DNA of 64,000 bases from a bacterium (GTDB lineage: Bacteria > Patescibacteriota > Andersenbacteria > UBA10190 > CAIZMI01). The stretch lies in the NCBI GenBank assembly GCA_030647555.1, contig JAUSJG010000027.1:15532-79531 (forward strand). Reading direction: 5' to 3'. The notes under the pieces were generated by a model. That model worked only from the letters and a program-made list of their open reading frames with translations, did not search any database and was not told the origin of the DNA. A program made the position numbers and the translations under genes. The first letter of the stretch is position 1, and every line of letters begins with the position of its first letter. Shown in pieces: positions 60,438 through 64,000 of the stretch.

Positions 60438-61229
60438 ATGCTTCTCAAACACCGCACAGTAAAACAAATAGTCATCGCTTGTATCTTTTTTGGTTTCTGG
60501 ATTTCGCTGGGCGGTCTTATTTATTGGGCGACCTACACTCCACCGGACGCATTACCACCACCACCGAAAACCGCTTTGCCTTTGCAAGTGATTGCGACAA
60601 AAATTATTGCCACTACTCCCGGAAAAGGAGATTTGGTTGGAACACTGCGTAACCCAAATCCGAATGCCGGCGCGGTGCGCTTTAAATACAAGTTCACAAT
60701 TTCTGCTACTAATCAAAATCCGCAAGTTGTAACGGGTGAGTCGTTTGTTTTGCCGAGTGACCAAAAATATCTGACGGCGTTCAATAATGATATTCCGACA
60801 GGTGCAACGGCAAGTTTGGAAATAAGTAGTACGGAGTGGGCGTTTGTGGATAGCGGTTTCGCACCGCCGGAAATTGTGTTGATCAACAAGCCGACGAATA
60901 TTATTTCGGGTCCGACGATCGATACTTTTCAGTTGAAGGGTCTGCTCGCTAATCAAAGTAATGTTGACTATACACGTGTAGAAGTAACGGTGGTCGGCTT
61001 GGATGCGCAGGGCGAAATGATTGGTGTGAGTAAGACTTTTATGGGCTCATTCTTGTCGGCGGAACGGCGCGAGTTTACCGCGCAGTGGCCGTTGAATAAG
61101 GGCGAAATTGTTTCTGATTTCAAAGTTGTACCGGAGGTGAATGTGTTTTTGCCGGACGCGATTCAGCGGAGGCAGGGGATTCAGGATATTCGCGATTTGC
61201 AGTCGGTCGCAACACCGGCGGGGAATTAA
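60438..61229 (+). CDS. Membrane-anchored protein with two Ig-like (FxLYD-like) domains
   Basis: TM helix, LRNPN and GLLANQS...VVGLDAQGEMIG beta-sandwich patterns; ATG at 60438. Confidence 0.65.
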   Translation: MLLKHRTVKQIVIACIFFGFWISLGGLIYWATYTPPDALPPPPKTALPLQVIATKIIATTPGKGDLVGTLRNPNPNAGAVRFKYKFTISATNQNPQVVTGESFVLPSDQKYLTAFNNDIPTGATASLEISSTEWAFVDSGFAPPEIVLINKPTNIISGPTIDTFQLKGLLANQSNVDYTRVEVTVVGLDAQGEMIGVSKTFMGSFLSAERREFTAQWPLNKGEIVSDFKVVPEVNVFLPDAIQRRQGIQDIRDLQSVATPAGN

Positions 61230-61231
61230 TA

Positions 61232-61342
61232 GCATTCCTCCCTTTATTTAAAGGGAGGCGGGGAGGGATTAAGTCAATAATCCTTTGATTGCCCAATAGA
61301 CATAACCCATCCCCGCCTTCCCTTGAATAAGGGAAGGAATGC
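61232..61342. repeat. CCTCCCTT/AAGGGAGG palindromic element (empty form)
   Basis: GCATTCCTCCCTTTATTTAAAGGGAGGCGGGGAGGG ... CCCATCCCCGCCTTCCCTTGAATAAGGGAAGGAATGC. Confidence 0.75.
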
Positions 61343-61429
61343 GACGTCCGCGACCCTGACGTCCTGTTCCCTGTACCCTGATTTCTTTCGCGGTTGGTCA
61401 CAACCAAATTTGTGCGCTATTAATAGGGA

Positions 61430-62560
61430 GTGATTATTAGAGATGTTTTTCGACGAAGTGACCCCGTACTTTGGGGGAGCGCGTTACTTTTGGTGGTAAT
61501 TAGTTTGGTTCTATTGGGAACGGGAAGTGATTCCGCCAATCTTGGCTATTTTATGCGCCAGGGGGTGGCAGCCGGGTTAGGAATTTTGGTTATGTTTATT
61601 ATTGCGCGCACGCATTATACTTTTGCGCGTTCGTTTTCTTCCGTATTGTTTGTTGTGCTGATTTTCTTACTTTTGATTGTTTTGCAAGCAAGGATTATCA
61701 GAGGCGCCGCGTCGTGGTTGGTTTTTGGCGGGTTTCATCTACAGCCGGGCGAATTAGCAAAAGCAATTTTGGTTGTGGTATTGGCAAAAATTTTAGGTGA
61801 GAGTAAACAAGGCGTGGCATTAACACGGGTACTGTTTCGCACAATTCTCTATGCCGGTATTCCAATTATCTTGGTGATTTTACAGCCGGATTTCGGTACG
61901 GCGATGCTTTTGACGGCAATTTGGTTTGGTATGATTGCGGTGGCTGGGCTTACGCGCAAGCAGTTTTTGAGTTTGGCCGTGATTGCTGTTGTAGTTTTCG
62001 CCAGCGGTTGGGTATTTTTTCTTAAGCCTTACCAAAAGGATCGTGTCTTGGTTTTTTTAAATCCCGGTTCCGATCCGTTGGGACGTGGTTACACTGTTCT
62101 GCAGTCGGTCACGGCTTTTGGTTCCGGTGGTTTTTGGGGAAGAGGTCTTGGTTATGGTCCGCAGAGTCGTTTAAATTTTTTGCCGGAAAATAGGACCGAT
62201 TTTATCTTTGCCCGTATTGGCGAGGAATTGGGGTTGGTGGGTGTTTTGGGTGTGTTGTCTTTGTACGGGGTAATTCTTTGGCGCACATTGGTCGCAGCGT
62301 CAAAGACGACGGATTCGTTTGGACGGGCGATTGCGGTTGGGGCATTTGTGGCCTTGCTAAGTGGGATTGTAGTTAACGCGGGTATGAATATCGGTCTTTT
62401 GCCTGTCACCGGCGTGCCCTTACCATTCATTTCATACGGCGGGAGTAGCCTTTTGACAATGTTTATCATCATTGGTTTGGTGGAGAGTGTGATTATTCAC
62501 GGCGAAGCGTGGGAAGTTGATGATACAAGTGATGTAACGACGTTGTCGTTGGGAGGGTGA
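61430..62560 (+). CDS. rodA: SEDS peptidoglycan polymerase RodA (FtsW/RodA family)
   Basis: GAASW, QPGELAK, QPDFGT, PENRTDFIF, GEELG and PFISYGGSS motifs. Confidence 0.85.
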   Translation: MIIRDVFRRSDPVLWGSALLLVVISLVLLGTGSDSANLGYFMRQGVAAGLGILVMFIIARTHYTFARSFSSVLFVVLIFLLLIVLQARIIRGAASWLVFGGFHLQPGELAKAILVVVLAKILGESKQGVALTRVLFRTILYAGIPIILVILQPDFGTAMLLTAIWFGMIAVAGLTRKQFLSLAVIAVVVFASGWVFFLKPYQKDRVLVFLNPGSDPLGRGYTVLQSVTAFGSGGFWGRGLGYGPQSRLNFLPENRTDFIFARIGEELGLVGVLGVLSLYGVILWRTLVAASKTTDSFGRAIAVGAFVALLSGIVVNAGMNIGLLPVTGVPLPFISYGGSSLLTMFIIIGLVESVIIHGEAWEVDDTSDVTTLSLGG

Positions 62561-62572
62561 GGAAGTGTGTGG

Positions 62573-62710
62573 GGAAGCACAAGCAATTTTTCACTTTCAA
62601 GCGTACACTCCGGTTAATGGCGAACTGCGCCATTAACCTCGCTCTGCACGCTTTTTGTTGCGACAAAAAGTCGTGAGGCCGCTTGAAAGCGAAAAATTAC
62701 TTGTGCTTCC
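62573..62710. repeat. Long branched palindrome
   Basis: Outer stem of ~31 bp (GGAAGCACAAG.../...CTTGTGCTTCC) enclosing two hairpins. Confidence 0.75.
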
Positions 62711-62777
62711 GGTGGTAGAATAGTGCCGTTTGACAAAAAGCCACCTCTTAATTATTATCTACTCATAAACAAAGAAT

Positions 62778-63113
62778 ATGTTTGACGAAGCGAATCAATT
62801 AATCTCCCGTTGTCCGTTATGTAACGCGGGCTATCGGGTTGAGGACGCGCAAATCATCGAAACTACCGATGAATCTTCTAGCGTTTATGTAGAATGTCCG
62901 CGTTGCAAAAGTTCAATTATGGCCGTTGTGGCCATGAGTGGTATGGGTATGATTTCTCTCGGTATGGTAACGGATATGACCAGAGAAGATATAGAAAAGT
63001 TTCGCCTTACTCCAAGCGTGAGCGGAAATGAATTATTGGAGATGATCCAACTGTTGAAGCGTCAAGATAGATCCGTTGTTCGAGAATTAACTAAAGAAAC
63101 CGATGTCTACTAA
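62778..63113 (+). CDS. Zinc-ribbon hypothetical protein
   Basis: CPLC...CPRC, GMVTD; TTGACA-17-TATTAT promoter at 62730-62758. Confidence 0.75.
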   Translation: MFDEANQLISRCPLCNAGYRVEDAQIIETTDESSSVYVECPRCKSSIMAVVAMSGMGMISLGMVTDMTREDIEKFRLTPSVSGNELLEMIQLLKRQDRSVVRELTKETDVY

Positions 63114-63855
63114 CAAAATCCATCAAATCGAAGCGCAACCCCGTGTCAAAGCGGGGCGTAAAGCAAAAAATGTCCGCATTGGCGGAGCTATTCCCGGTAT
63201 TCTTTATGGCAACGGCGTTGCCAATGTTCAAATTGCAATTAATCAAAAAGCGTTCGAAAAGATATTACCGGAGTTGACGCATAGCACGCTTATTAATCTT
63301 GTTATTGAAGGTGAAAAAGACGGTCGAGCGGTTTTGGTTTCGGAAGTACAACGCAACCCAATGACCGGCTTGCCACAACATATTGATTTTCATCAAGTTA
63401 ACTTGAAAGAAGAAATTGAAGCAACCGTGCCGTTGGTTTTTCATGGGGAATCATTCGCGGTGAAAGATTTGGCCGGAACTTTGGTCAAGAGTTTGAGCAA
63501 TATCAAAGTGCAAGCATTACCGCAAGATTTGCCGGAAAACATTATTGTTGATATTGGTGCGTTGAAAGATTTTGAAGCCCGTATCACAATTGCCGACTTG
63601 AATATCTCCGATAAAGTTAAAGTTTTGGATAATATGGAAGAAATTGTCGCGGTTGTCACGCCTCCTCGCTCGGAAGCCGAAATGGAAGAATTGAATAAGG
63701 AAGTGGAAGAAAATGCCGGTGAAGTAAAGACCGAAGCGGACGAAAAGAAAGCCGCCAAGGAAGCCGAAGCGGTTGCGGAAGGTACGCCGGCTGAAGGAGA
63801 GAAGGGCGAGAAGAAGGAAGTCAAGAAAGAAACGAAGAAAGAAGAGAAGAAATAA
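63103..63855 (+). CDS. rplY: 50S ribosomal protein L25/Ctc
   Basis: IPGILYG, VQRNP and HIDF motifs; Ctc beta domain; acidic/lysine-rich tail. Confidence 0.93.
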   Translation: MSTNKIHQIEAQPRVKAGRKAKNVRIGGAIPGILYGNGVANVQIAINQKAFEKILPELTHSTLINLVIEGEKDGRAVLVSEVQRNPMTGLPQHIDFHQVNLKEEIEATVPLVFHGESFAVKDLAGTLVKSLSNIKVQALPQDLPENIIVDIGALKDFEARITIADLNISDKVKVLDNMEEIVAVVTPPRSEAEMEELNKEVEENAGEVKTEADEKKAAKEAEAVAEGTPAEGEKGEKKEVKKETKKEEKK

Positions 63856-63882
63856 TAGTTTTACCGAAATATTGAACCAATT

Positions 63883-63907
63883 AATCCCCGCATAAGCGGG
63901 GATTTTG
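63883..63907 (+). terminator. Intrinsic terminator after rplY
   Basis: AATCCCCGC-ATAA-GCGGGGATTTT. Confidence 0.75.
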
Positions 63908-64000
63908 GTAAAGAAAAAACCAATCTTGGGTCGGTTGGGTTTAATCTCTGGAGTGGAACTAGTTTGCAACCAGGGACGGCCCCTTTTTCGGGGCCGTCCC

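Overview
Housekeeping-rich 64-kb segment that most likely comes from a Patescibacteria (CPR, Parcubacteria-like) genome. That placement is inferred from the type IV pilus cluster lacking a secretin, the DUF2341/LamG giant surface protein, the short ThrS and the widespread leaderless starts. Core genes are clpC, recX, htpX, lemA, pilMNO-B-T-C with pilins and pilD, ligA, gatCA, a MurL-MurD2 fusion, gpmI, three tRNAs with a free-standing LAGLIDADG gene, dsbA-like, pheST, gyrB, secE-nusG-rplK-rplA, tmk, gatB, miaA, thrS, dnaE, rodA and rplY. The most unusual signal is non-coding: nearly every intergenic gap holds short palindromic elements from several families, and no transposase is visible in the window. 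These include an exactly 30-bp hairpin element and a 37-bp element, both seen as filled versus empty sites nested inside other elements. One palindrome sits in-frame inside miaA. Three single-gene cassettes share promoter/terminator architecture and a conserved 3' hairpin, and one carries a Planctomycete-like stand-alone ClpC N-domain. A structured tandem array built on the tRNA T-arm lies near the LAGLIDADG gene. All calls are by eye from the sequence and the ORF track; no database searches were run.
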